DNA of 64,000 bases from a virus, in the IMG/VR virus record IMGVR_UViG_3300037478_000449, positions 36,219 to 100,218 of that record. One strand, 5' to 3'. This document shows positions 53,246 to 61,975 of the stretch, piece after piece. The notes under the pieces are model-generated. The model was not told where the DNA came from. It saw nothing but the letters and a program-made list of their open reading frames with translations, and ran no database searches. The number at the start of each line of letters is the position of its first letter. Position 1 is the first letter of the stretch. The position numbers and the translations under genes were made by a program.

Positions 53246-54055
53246 CTACGGGGTCAGCAGATCGTCGGGGGAACCCACCGTGTCCCAAAGGGTGCGGATC
53301 GTCGGATGCGCAGCCCACAACGCCGTGATCGACCCGTAGATGTTGATCACGGTGCCGATGGTCAGGTCCGTGGCGACCACGTTCGGCCCCGGCGGAGCCA
53401 CCTCGGTCAGCGGTAGGAAGAAGTTGTGGTACGCGGACACCCCACCGATGCGGTGCTTGGTGACCGGGCCGTGTAGGGCGTGCATGCTGCCCGGCAGTAG
53501 CGACACCCCGAGGTCGGCGTCGGTGGGCACGTGGACGAACACCCGCTTGGCCACGCGGAGGACCAGTGTCAGCCGGTCATCCTCGGCCACCGAACCTGTG
53601 CCGAGCACCAGCAGGTGGTCACGGCCGCCGGGCAGGTCGGACACCCCGAGCGGCAGCGACCGGCCCGAGATTGGCAGGGCGGCGGCCCGGGCGGCGAGGG
53701 CCACATCCCCGTAGTCGGCAGGTGTGACCCGTGTGTTCAGCATCGGGTAGCGGACCGACTTGATCCACACGTCTTCCAACGTCACCGTGATCTGAGTGGT
53801 GAACTGAGCCTGCTGAACATCCGACGCATCGAACGACGTGATCCGGTAGTGGGTCGGAACGTCGGCAAAGAACTCCGCATCGGCCAGCTCCGCTTCGCCG
53901 GAAGTGACCGGCAGCGCGACCCCGCCGCGGACCGTCTCCCACAGCAGCTCGTTGGCCGACCGCTCGACGACGGCGTACGTGGCCGACCCGCCGAGTGTGT
54001 CGGCGTCAAGCTCCACCCGCGACAGTGTGGCGTCATACACGGCAGCCAGGCTCAC
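53246..54055 (-). CDS. Distal tail protein-like
   Basis: Immediately after tape measure gene. Confidence 0.65.
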   Translation of the reverse strand: MSLAAVYDATLSRVELDADTLGGSATYAVVERSANELLWETVRGGVALPVTSGEAELADAEFFADVPTHYRITSFDASDVQQAQFTTQITVTLEDVWIKSVRYPMLNTRVTPADYGDVALAARAAALPISGRSLPLGVSDLPGGRDHLLVLGTGSVAEDDRLTLVLRVAKRVFVHVPTDADLGVSLLPGSMHALHGPVTKHRIGGVSAYHNFFLPLTEVAPPGPNVVATDLTIGTVINIYGSITALWAAHPTIRTLWDTVGSPDDLLTP

Positions 54056-56997
54056 GGTGACCTCCCCGCACCGGCGCCGAGGCGGCGGTTCACGCCACGG
54101 TCATGCTCGGAGATGCCCTGCCGGACCTGGCCGCGTACCACGCCCAGCAGCTCACCCGAGTCCAGGAACAGCTGGCCCGTGAACTCGCCACCGGACCCGC
54201 CGCCGGTGCTGCCGCCGGCTGCCGGCCGGGCACCGTGCCACTGCCACGGGCCGCCCACCCCGGTCTCCACCCGCGCCCCGTACCAGCCGGCGGCCTCAGC
54301 GAGGATCCCCAGCGACCGGTCCCGGTCACCGCGCATCGGGATGTACGCCTCGACCCCGGTGGCACGCTCCCCGTACAACACGGTCGGGCTGGTGGCGATA
54401 TGCGCTGGCACCAGCCGGCCCGCCTGCGCATGGACCAGCCCGCCCCACCGCTCCGGGGTCGGGGCGCCCACCCCGAACTGCTGGGTGATGGTCCGCTGCA
54501 AGATCGTGGTCTGCACCGTCCGCCCGTCGATCCCGTCGAGCTGGTCCCGGTAGCGGCGCAGCATCGCCAGCCGCTCCTCCACATTCGGCAGGCTCATGAT
54601 CGTCTTAAGCGTGTCGATGTCGTCGACCCGCTCCAGCAGCTCCAGGTACAGCGCGGCGTCCTCGGACACCGGACCCAGGAACGGTGCCGACACGTCGGTG
54701 ACCACCTCGGCCGGGGTCAGCCGGTACGTGTCGATCAGCCCCTGGACCGCCTCCTCCTGGAACCCCAGGTCCAGCAGCATCTGCTGAATCTTGTCGAGCT
54801 GCGTGTCGTACTTCTCGTTTGCCTCGTCCATCGACATGCCGTTGTCGAGGTTGGCCTGCCGCAGGTCGGCGACTGCTTCGATCTGGTCGAGCACCGCCGA
54901 CCGGTTGTCGCGGCCGGCCTGGCTGTTCAGCTTCAGGGTGCGGGTGCCGTCCTCCAGCTCCTCCCGCAGGTCGGCGATGCCCTGCTTGTAGGCGAGCACC
55001 GCCCGGTCGAGGTCCATCTGCAAGTCGAACAGCTCGGTGAACGCCTCTGCCAGCTCCTCCACGTTCGCGGCGGCGTCACCGGCCGTCTCACCAAGCTCGG
55101 ACAGGCTGTCGGAGGAGCCCTGCTGGGCCAGCAGCCACTCTTTGTGGGCGGCGACGAACCGGGGCATCGCGTCCTCAACGTCGCCGATCGCCATCCCGGA
55201 CTCGACCACCATCTGCTGGAACAGGTCCCACGCCTCAGGGGCCAGCCCCGCGTCGACCATCTGCGTCAGGGCCGAGTCCAGCGCCTCCACATCGGAGGAC
55301 ATCTCCGCGAACGTCCGGCCGCTGTGCCCGGCCAGACGCGCGACCTCGGCGGACACCTCACCGATCGGGCCTGGCAGCTTGTCGATCAGCCGAAGGAAGT
55401 CGGCCGTCCCCGACTCGTCAGCGACACCGCGCAGCGATTCGCGTAGCCCGTCCAGGTCGGTGCCGAACGCGTTGGCCATCTCCCCGGCCACCACACCGGT
55501 ACGGGACAGGTGCTCCAACGCTGAGGCCAGCAGCTCCACGTCGGCGGACCCGCGGCGGAACTGGCCGAGTACCGCCCCGGCGGCTTCCAGGGCGATGAAC
55601 GCGGCAGCGGCGCGGCCAGCCCACACGGTGGTGCGGCGCAGCCCCCGGTTCATCCGGGTAGCGAACGCGGCGGTGGCCCCGCCCTGGGCGTGCATCGACG
55701 CGACCGCCGCGTTGTACGCGGCGATCTTCGGCACTGCGATGAGCGCAGTGCCGCCGACCAGAGCCACCCCGGCGGTGAGAGCTGCCAGCCCGGCGACGAT
55801 CCGCACCACCGGCTCAGGCAGCCCGCCCAGGAACTCGGCGAACCCGCCCAGCTTCTCCGACGCGTCCCCGACCACCGGCAGGAACACCTCACCCATGACG
55901 ATGGCGAAGTCGTTGAGCTGGTTGCGGGCCACTTGCAGCTTCGCGGCGGTGGTGTCGTAGCGGCGGCCGGCTTCCTCGGTCAGTGCAAGGTTCTCACCCC
56001 ACGCCCGCTCGCCGTCCTCCAGGGAGCCGGTGAGCAGGTCCCCGGCCCCGGTCAGGGCCAGCAACGCGTTGCGGGTGCGGGTCTCCGACAGGCCCAGCTG
56101 GTCGAGGGTGCCGAACACGTTCTCCCCGGCCTCGCTCATCCGGCTGAGGCCGAGGATGAAGCTGTTCAGCGCGGCGACAGGGTCGCGGGAGAAGTGGTGG
56201 GCGAACTGCTCGGCCGACACACCGGCCACGTCGGCGAACGCCTCCAGCTCCCCCCCGCCCTCGGCGGCGGCGGAGGCGATGCTCACCAGCACCCGGGAGA
56301 TTGCCGACCCGCCGGCCTCGACCTCGATACCCGCCGACGCGAGGGCGTTGGCCAGGGCGAGAACGTCGGCCTCGGACGCGCCGACGATCGCACCAGCACC
56401 GGCGATCCGCTGCGCCATCATCACGATCTGGCGTTCGGTGCTGGCGCCGTTGTTGCCCAGCTCCACCAACGCCGAACCCAGCCGGTCCACATCGTCCGGT
56501 GCGGTGCCCATCACGTTCATCAGCTGGGCGATGGCGGTGGCGGCCTCATCGGCGGTCAGGTTCGTCGACTCACCCAGGTCGATCATGACCCGGGTGAAGT
56601 CAGCCACATCCTCCGTGGCCACACCCAACTGACCGGCAGCCTCAGCAACCGCGGCGATCTCGGCATGGGTGGCGGGTAGGCTGCGGGCCATCTCCCGCAG
56701 CTCATCCTCCAACCCGGCGAGCTGCGCCTCAGTGCCATCGACGGTCTTCTCAACCCCGGCGAACGCCGACTCCCAGTCGACCGCGGCCTTGGTCGCCAGG
56801 CCGATCCCGGCGGCGATCCCCGCACCGGCGACCAGCATGCCTGTGCCCAGCCGCTGCATGTTCTGCCGCTGCTGCTCCGACTTGGACAGCTCGTTGACCA
56901 GGTCGCCGGTGGCAGCCCGGGCGCGTTGGAAACCGTGGACGTAGTTGCCGACCTCGGCCAGCAGCCGGACAGAGATGGACCGGACGGCACCGTTCAC
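54052..56997 (-). CDS. Tape measure protein (TP901-type core)
   Basis: WESAFAGVEKTVDG, AEAAGQLG, LGSALVELGNN, AGGSAISR. Confidence 0.93.
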   Translation of the reverse strand: MNGAVRSISVRLLAEVGNYVHGFQRARAATGDLVNELSKSEQQRQNMQRLGTGMLVAGAGIAAGIGLATKAAVDWESAFAGVEKTVDGTEAQLAGLEDELREMARSLPATHAEIAAVAEAAGQLGVATEDVADFTRVMIDLGESTNLTADEAATAIAQLMNVMGTAPDDVDRLGSALVELGNNGASTERQIVMMAQRIAGAGAIVGASEADVLALANALASAGIEVEAGGSAISRVLVSIASAAAEGGGELEAFADVAGVSAEQFAHHFSRDPVAALNSFILGLSRMSEAGENVFGTLDQLGLSETRTRNALLALTGAGDLLTGSLEDGERAWGENLALTEEAGRRYDTTAAKLQVARNQLNDFAIVMGEVFLPVVGDASEKLGGFAEFLGGLPEPVVRIVAGLAALTAGVALVGGTALIAVPKIAAYNAAVASMHAQGGATAAFATRMNRGLRRTTVWAGRAAAAFIALEAAGAVLGQFRRGSADVELLASALEHLSRTGVVAGEMANAFGTDLDGLRESLRGVADESGTADFLRLIDKLPGPIGEVSAEVARLAGHSGRTFAEMSSDVEALDSALTQMVDAGLAPEAWDLFQQMVVESGMAIGDVEDAMPRFVAAHKEWLLAQQGSSDSLSELGETAGDAAANVEELAEAFTELFDLQMDLDRAVLAYKQGIADLREELEDGTRTLKLNSQAGRDNRSAVLDQIEAVADLRQANLDNGMSMDEANEKYDTQLDKIQQMLLDLGFQEEAVQGLIDTYRLTPAEVVTDVSAPFLGPVSEDAALYLELLERVDDIDTLKTIMSLPNVEERLAMLRRYRDQLDGIDGRTVQTTILQRTITQQFGVGAPTPERWGGLVHAQAGRLVPAHIATSPTVLYGERATGVEAYIPMRGDRDRSLGILAEAAGWYGARVETGVGGPWQWHGARPAAGGSTGGGSGGEFTGQLFLDSGELLGVVRGQVRQGISEHDRGVNRRLGAGAGRSP

Positions 56998-57018
56998 CCG
57001 GCCACCTCCTAGCCGGGG

Positions 57019-57465
57019 TCAGCTACTCCGTGGGCGTGGCGCGGGTAGCAGTTCCGCCCGGTGGATCAGCGCGTGCGGGTGCCGGTTCTTGGCGGCCGCA
57101 TCCTCGGATGCGGCCAGGGCGGTGCACAGGTGGCAACGCACCGGCGGCAGGGGCCGGTAGCGTGCCCGGTCCAACCCGCCACCGTCGTTGTGCTCGTCGG
57201 TGGTTTCGGCCAGGTCCCCGCCGCAGCGTTTGCAGCGCCGGTCGCGCCACAGGGCGAGGGCGAGCATCCATCCCTGCTGCTGCCCGTCCCACTCGGACTC
57301 GGCGACGGTGGTCGAGCGGGTCAGCCGCCCTTGTTCGTCGTGTTCGTGGGCGGTGACGGTTCGGGGTTCCCATCCGTCGAAGCGTCGGAGGGAGATGCCG
57401 AGTCGTTCGGCCGCCTCGACCCGGCGTCGAGTCTCCTCATCATCGAGGCGGCTCGTGAGAAAGGC
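57019..57465 (-). CDS. Tail assembly chaperone, -1 frameshift extension
   Basis: Open -1 frame after GCCTTTC; AERLGISLRRFDGWEP..., CKRCG, CHLC. Confidence 0.7.
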   Translation of the reverse strand, partial: AFLTSRLDDEETRRRVEAAERLGISLRRFDGWEPRTVTAHEHDEQGRLTRSTTVAESEWDGQQQGWMLALALWRDRRCKRCGGDLAETTDEHNDGGGLDRARYRPLPPVRCHLCTALAASEDAAAKNRHPHALIHRAELLPAPRPRSS

Positions 57466-58037
57466 ACGTCGACCTCGACCCGGTTCAGGTTCCACGCCGC
57501 CCAGGCCAGTGACTGGAACTGGCCGTCGGACAGCTTCGCGTCCAACTGCGCCCACTGCTCCGGGGTCAGCTGCGGCTCCACCACCGACGCGCGGACCAGC
57601 TCCTCCAGCAGCGCCGGGGTGTTGACACCGGTCGCAGCATCACGCGGGTCGACCTTCCCGTTCGTGTCCTTGCGCGGCGGGTGCTTGCCGACCAGCTCGG
57701 ACCACACCAACTGGTCGGCGGGCACACCCGGGGTGCGGCGCCGGGGCAGGGCACGCAGCCGGAACGCGACCGTGCCGGCGCGCATCTGCGCCTCCACCTC
57801 GGCCATCTGCTCGGCCACCCGCCGCTTGGCGGCACGGACCGCCATCGTGGACCGGTCGTCATCACCCGGGCCGGCGTCGTACTGCACCTTGAGCTGGTCC
57901 CACTCCGCTTGCAAATGGCCGCGTAGGCAGATCAGCACAACCTTCTCGGGCCGGGTGTCCTCACCCAGCAACACCGCAAGATCAGGCACGGGTGGCGGCG
58001 GTGCCGGCTTGCCGGTCGCTTTCCTCGTGTTGGACAT
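57321..58037 (-). CDS. Tail assembly chaperone
   Basis: Between major tail and tape measure genes; VDVPFS at slippery site. Confidence 0.8.
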   Translation of the reverse strand: MSNTRKATGKPAPPPPVPDLAVLLGEDTRPEKVVLICLRGHLQAEWDQLKVQYDAGPGDDDRSTMAVRAAKRRVAEQMAEVEAQMRAGTVAFRLRALPRRRTPGVPADQLVWSELVGKHPPRKDTNGKVDPRDAATGVNTPALLEELVRASVVEPQLTPEQWAQLDAKLSDGQFQSLAWAAWNLNRVEVDVPFSRAASMMRRLDAGSRRPNDSASPSDASTDGNPEPSPPTNTTNKGG

Positions 58038-58130
58038 GGTCCTCTCCCTGGCCGAGCATCTGGCCGATATGCGTCAGGGAGCCCGCACACCGTCGGCCAG
58101 AATCGGTGTGCGGGCTCCCGTCTACTTCCG

Positions 58131-58649
58131 CTAGCTGCCGGCGACCACGGCCGTCTTCTTCTGCACGGTGTCGCGGATGAAGATTCGCTGCATGACACGC
58201 AGCCGGCCGTTGGCCTCCGGTGCCTGTTCCTGCTGCTCGCCGCACTCGCCGGGCCACACCGCAACGATGTCGTCGACCTCGACCGGGACCTCGTAGTCGG
58301 CGCCCCAGCGGACCACCACGTTCCCCAGCTCACCCGGGACGAGGGTGGCGTACGCCTTGTTGTCCGTGGCGAGCAGTTCCTGGCCCTGGTAGACGTAGGA
58401 CAGGTTCAGGCCGTACGTGAACCGGCCGCGGCGCTCGAACGTCTGCCGGGAACACAGCCGGTTGTCGGTGGACACCTGCTCGTCCAGGCTCGGGGCGAAC
58501 CCGTCGTCGGTCAGGTAGCAGCTCAGGTCGATGACCGTGGTGTCGGTCAGCTCGTCCAGGGTGGGGGCGGTGGTGTCGGCGATCGCAGGCACCCACAGCA
58601 CCTTGACGGAGCCATCGGCCGGGATCGAAGTGGGCAGCGGCTGGGTCAT
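58131..58649 (-). CDS. Major tail protein
   Basis: DGSVKVLWVPAIAD..APT, DLSCYLT, DNRLCS. Confidence 0.88.
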   Translation of the reverse strand: MTQPLPTSIPADGSVKVLWVPAIADTTAPTLDELTDTTVIDLSCYLTDDGFAPSLDEQVSTDNRLCSRQTFERRGRFTYGLNLSYVYQGQELLATDNKAYATLVPGELGNVVVRWGADYEVPVEVDDIVAVWPGECGEQQEQAPEANGRLRVMQRIFIRDTVQKKTAVVAGS

Positions 58650-58652
58650 CGT

Positions 58653-58892
58653 CTACTCCTCGGTGCTGCTGATGGATGGGCGGCGGCGGGGCGTGGCCGG
58701 GCGGCCCGCAAGGTCGCGGAAATGCTTCGGTGGGCGTGGGCGCGAGGCCTGGTGGGGTGACAGGCGGGTGACGACCTCCACCCCTCCAGCAGCCAGGTAG
58801 GCGGCAGCCGCGTCTGACCGGGCGTCCCACTGGTGACCCGTCCGGGTAGAGCGAAGCCGGATGTATGTGGGCAAGCTGCTCACCTGCCCCAC
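58653..58892 (-). CDS. Small hypothetical protein
   Basis: ORF upstream of major tail gene. Confidence 0.45.
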   Translation of the reverse strand: MGQVSSLPTYIRLRSTRTGHQWDARSDAAAAYLAAGGVEVVTRLSPHQASRPRPPKHFRDLAGRPATPRRRPSISSTEE

Positions 58893-58924
58893 ACGGATCG
58901 CATCGGTCGGCTACGGTGCCGGGC

Positions 58925-59149
58925 ATGAACTACCGGCAGTGGACCCGCGTCGGGAACTCCGGCGCGGTGGCGATCGCCGCGGCGTTCCTGGCGGCGGTCA
59001 TGCAGCTGCCCGGCGCCGGGCTGGTAGCGCCGTGGCTGCTGCTGGGCGGGTTCGCCGCGGCGACCGCCAGCATCTTCGGCCGTCGGGCGGCGCGGCGTCG
59101 GGAACAAGCTGGGGCAGAGCAGACAGCGGCGGACGAGCTGGACCGCTAG
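58925..59149 (+). CDS. Small two-TM protein antisense to tail operon
   Basis: Two TMs; ATG close to TACGGT. Confidence 0.5.
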   Translation: MNYRQWTRVGNSGAVAIAAAFLAAVMQLPGAGLVAPWLLLGGFAAATASIFGRRAARRREQAGAEQTAADELDR

Positions 59150-59598
59150 GACTCCACCGGCGAGGGAACCGGCTCGGACGACAGCCGGAACATCGACACC
59201 CCCCGGTAGGTGGGGGAACCCTCCGGGGTGAACAGGTCTTCGTTTTTGCTCACCGGCTGCTCGATCGGCATCTCCCAGATGCGGCCCGGCCGCCACCCTT
59301 CACCCAGGTCCGGTTTGGACCCGTGCAGGGCGGCGGCGGCGTGGTCGAGCACCCAGCACACCTCGTCCGGGTCCCGACCCACACCGGTGAGCTGCACCCG
59401 GGAGTCGGGGGCGGCGATGCTGCCGGTCAGGTTGGCCCGGACCCGCATGGAGGGGATCACCCAGACCACGATGTAGGGGAAGGTCAGCTCCGCGTCCGGC
59501 CTGGTGACCTTGCCGTAGAACACGTCCCGGTCAGGCAGAGCGGCTTCGACCAGGGCCTGCACGGCGCGGCCAAACAGCCGGGAGATGTCGGTGGCCAT
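59146..59598 (-). CDS. Tail terminator
   Basis: VFYG, PYIVVW, VQLTGVG; position. Confidence 0.75.
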   Translation of the reverse strand: MATDISRLFGRAVQALVEAALPDRDVFYGKVTRPDAELTFPYIVVWVIPSMRVRANLTGSIAAPDSRVQLTGVGRDPDEVCWVLDHAAAALHGSKPDLGEGWRPGRIWEMPIEQPVSKNEDLFTPEGSPTYRGVSMFRLSSEPVPSPVES

Positions 59599-59637
59599 TG
59601 TTAGTCACCGTCCCAAACTCAACGTAGAATTAGGACC

Positions 59638-60471
59638 GTGCCATGGCCTACATACACCGGTCCGCCAGAAGCGGAACTACGTCGCCTCTACCTCGACGAG
59701 CGTTTGACCTGTCGGCGACTAGCGGCACGCTACGGCGTCAGCCACATGTCCATCAAGCGGTGGCTACGGCGGTTCGACATCCCGCGCCGGGCAGCGGGCC
59801 GAGGGCTCGACTATCGGGGCGTTAATGCGCCGACGGCCAGGGAGCTGGAGCGCATGGTGCACCACCAGCACATGAGTTACAAGCAGATCGCAAGCATCTA
59901 CGGGGTGGATCACACCGCCGTTCCCTACTGGCTCAAGAAACACGGCATACGACGGCCGACCATCTGGGGAACGCGCCGCAAGGGCCGGATCGTGGAGGAG
60001 CCCAGTGCAGAGGAGGTACGCAATCGCTACGGCGCAGGAGAGTCGCTTCAGTCGATCGCCAACGACTATGACGTCTCAAGCATCGTGATCAAGCGCATTG
60101 CCGCCGAGGCGGACATCCCGCTGAGGCGGGACGGGTGGCAGGGCGGCCGGCGGTGGAGCTGCGCCGATGGGCACCTGGTTCGCTCAAGCTATGAGCGACA
60201 GGTCGATGACTGGCTGTACCAAAACGGCTTTCGCCACGAGATCGGACCCCGCCTGCCCTTCGACCGTCGGTGCTCGGCCGATTTCCTGGTCAATGGCGTC
60301 TACATCGAGGTGTGGGGCGTCACTGACTCTACGACCTATGACCAACGTCGGCAGCGCAAAGTTGACCTCTACCGAAAAAACGATCTTCCGCTTGTTGAGC
60401 TACCGCACTGGATCTTCGCCAAGCGGAAGAGCCACCAGTGGCCCCAGCGCCTGATCGGGGCGCTCTCATGA
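59638..60471 (+). CDS. Multi-HTH + PD-(D/E)XK nuclease (homing-endonuclease-like)
   Basis: Three HTH repeats then RSSYERQVDDWL...ADFLVNGVYIEVWG; lower GC; antisense insertion. Confidence 0.75.
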   Translation: MPWPTYTGPPEAELRRLYLDERLTCRRLAARYGVSHMSIKRWLRRFDIPRRAAGRGLDYRGVNAPTARELERMVHHQHMSYKQIASIYGVDHTAVPYWLKKHGIRRPTIWGTRRKGRIVEEPSAEEVRNRYGAGESLQSIANDYDVSSIVIKRIAAEADIPLRRDGWQGGRRWSCADGHLVRSSYERQVDDWLYQNGFRHEIGPRLPFDRRCSADFLVNGVYIEVWGVTDSTTYDQRRQRKVDLYRKNDLPLVELPHWIFAKRKSHQWPQRLIGALS

Positions 60472-60846
60472 GAGCGCCCCGGCGGCGATGTCGTCCAGCG
60501 CAGCCAAGAAGGACGGTTCCACCTCATCGAAGGCGGGTCCGAGGAACGGCTGAGGCGCCATCCGCGCGGTGCCTAGCTCTTGGTGCACCCCGTATGACGC
60601 TTCCGGGCCGACCTCGGCGCCGATCGGCACGGCCGGCCCGAGCCCGGTACCGCCCAGGCTCGTGTTGATGCTGCTGCGCAGGTTGCCGGTGTCCACCGGC
60701 GCGCGGATCTTCGCGCCTCGTTCCACCGAAAACGCGGCCTTCCGCACCGCGTCCTTGGCCTTCTGCCGGGTGGCCGCTGGCACCATGTCCAGCTCCCGGG
60801 CCAGTGCCCGGATCTCCGCCACCCCATCCACGCGGAAGTCGGTCAC
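60466..60846 (-). CDS. HK97 gp10-like neck protein
   Basis: AKIRAPVDTGNLRSSI, YGVHQELGTARMAPQPFLGPA. Confidence 0.9.
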   Translation of the reverse strand: MTDFRVDGVAEIRALARELDMVPAATRQKAKDAVRKAAFSVERGAKIRAPVDTGNLRSSINTSLGGTGLGPAVPIGAEVGPEASYGVHQELGTARMAPQPFLGPAFDEVEPSFLAALDDIAAGALS

Positions 60847-60854
60847 GGCACCTC

Positions 60855-61322
60855 CTACCGGGCGGTGGGCGGGGCGTCCAACACGGTCAGGTCCCGCTGC
60901 CACAGCAGCGACCCGGGCCGCACGTCATGCACCCACAGCGGCCGGCCGGGTAGATGCGGATCGCCGGATCCGGTGTCCCGGTAGCCGAGCACCCGCACCT
61001 CGTCGGAGATCCGCACCTCGGGTGTGTCGGCGGGGATGGACACGACCACACCGCGGATGGCCACCTGCCGGTCGCCGACCGAGCGGGTTACCTCCTGCTG
61101 CGGCATCCGTTGCAGCCTGGCCCAGCCGGTCCACACGGTGGCCGGATCCGTGAAGGTGGTCTGCCCGGTGTCCGGGTCGAAGGTGGCGCCCTGCGCGGTG
61201 TGGCGCAGGATCCGCACCTGCGCAGTCATGGCCTGCTCGGCGGTAGGTCGGTGCCGCACATCCCAGTTGGTGGGGATCATCTGGTGGCCGGGGAGCCCAC
61301 CCGCCCCGGGCAACCCGGGCAC
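60855..61322 (-). CDS. Head closure protein (DUF6093-like)
   Basis: FDPDTG...VWTGWARLQ; position. Confidence 0.7.
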   Translation of the reverse strand: MPGLPGAGGLPGHQMIPTNWDVRHRPTAEQAMTAQVRILRHTAQGATFDPDTGQTTFTDPATVWTGWARLQRMPQQEVTRSVGDRQVAIRGVVVSIPADTPEVRISDEVRVLGYRDTGSGDPHLPGRPLWVHDVRPGSLLWQRDLTVLDAPPTAR

Positions 61323-61324
61323 GG

Positions 61325-61975
61325 TCAGACCCCGGTCGGGCGGTAGGCGGCCCACGGGTCATAGTTGACGATCTCCAAACCCCACGGGGCCTCATCGTCG
61401 CCGATCTCGTCATCCTGCCGGCGCAGCTCCCGCGCACGCTCCCGCAGCTCTTTCGCCACGGCCGGCCCGTCGGTCTGTAGGTCCAGGGTGCGGATCTTCT
61501 TCGACACCAACGCCTCGCTGGAGGCGATGGTGTCCAGCGCCTGGGCGGCGGCGCGGCGGACCCGGCCGCCCTCCATGTCCAGCAGCGCCTGCACCTGGGC
61601 GTCGGACAGCAGCGGCGACACCTCGTCCAAGTCGACCGCGAGTAGCCGCACCCGGCCGATGTCGGTGGCCGGGTCTACGGTGATCGGCGGCAGGCCGAGC
61701 AGGGACCGCTGGACGACGATGCTGCCCTCGACCGCACCGGTGGCGGTGCCGGACGCTGCCAGCGCCCACACGTGCCGGCCCGGGTCGGTGGGGGTGTACG
61801 ACGCCCGGTACAGGCTTTCGGCGGGGACGGCCGTGACCAGCATCGGGTCGGTGGTCCCGTCGGGCAGCCGCACCTGGCCGGTCACGGTCGCGTCGGTGAC
61901 CGGGTCGCCGTCCACGTCCGTCACGGACCAGTCGACTACCAGGGTTGTGCCGGCCCAGTACGTGGTGGCGGTCAT
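61325..61975 (-). CDS. Head-tail adaptor with N-terminal Ig-like domain
   Basis: IGRVRLL..D, LSDAQV..LL, AAAQALDTIA, DLQTDG. Confidence 0.75.
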   Translation of the reverse strand: MTATTYWAGTTLVVDWSVTDVDGDPVTDATVTGQVRLPDGTTDPMLVTAVPAESLYRASYTPTDPGRHVWALAASGTATGAVEGSIVVQRSLLGLPPITVDPATDIGRVRLLAVDLDEVSPLLSDAQVQALLDMEGGRVRRAAAQALDTIASSEALVSKKIRTLDLQTDGPAVAKELRERARELRRQDDEIGDDEAPWGLEIVNYDPWAAYRPTGV

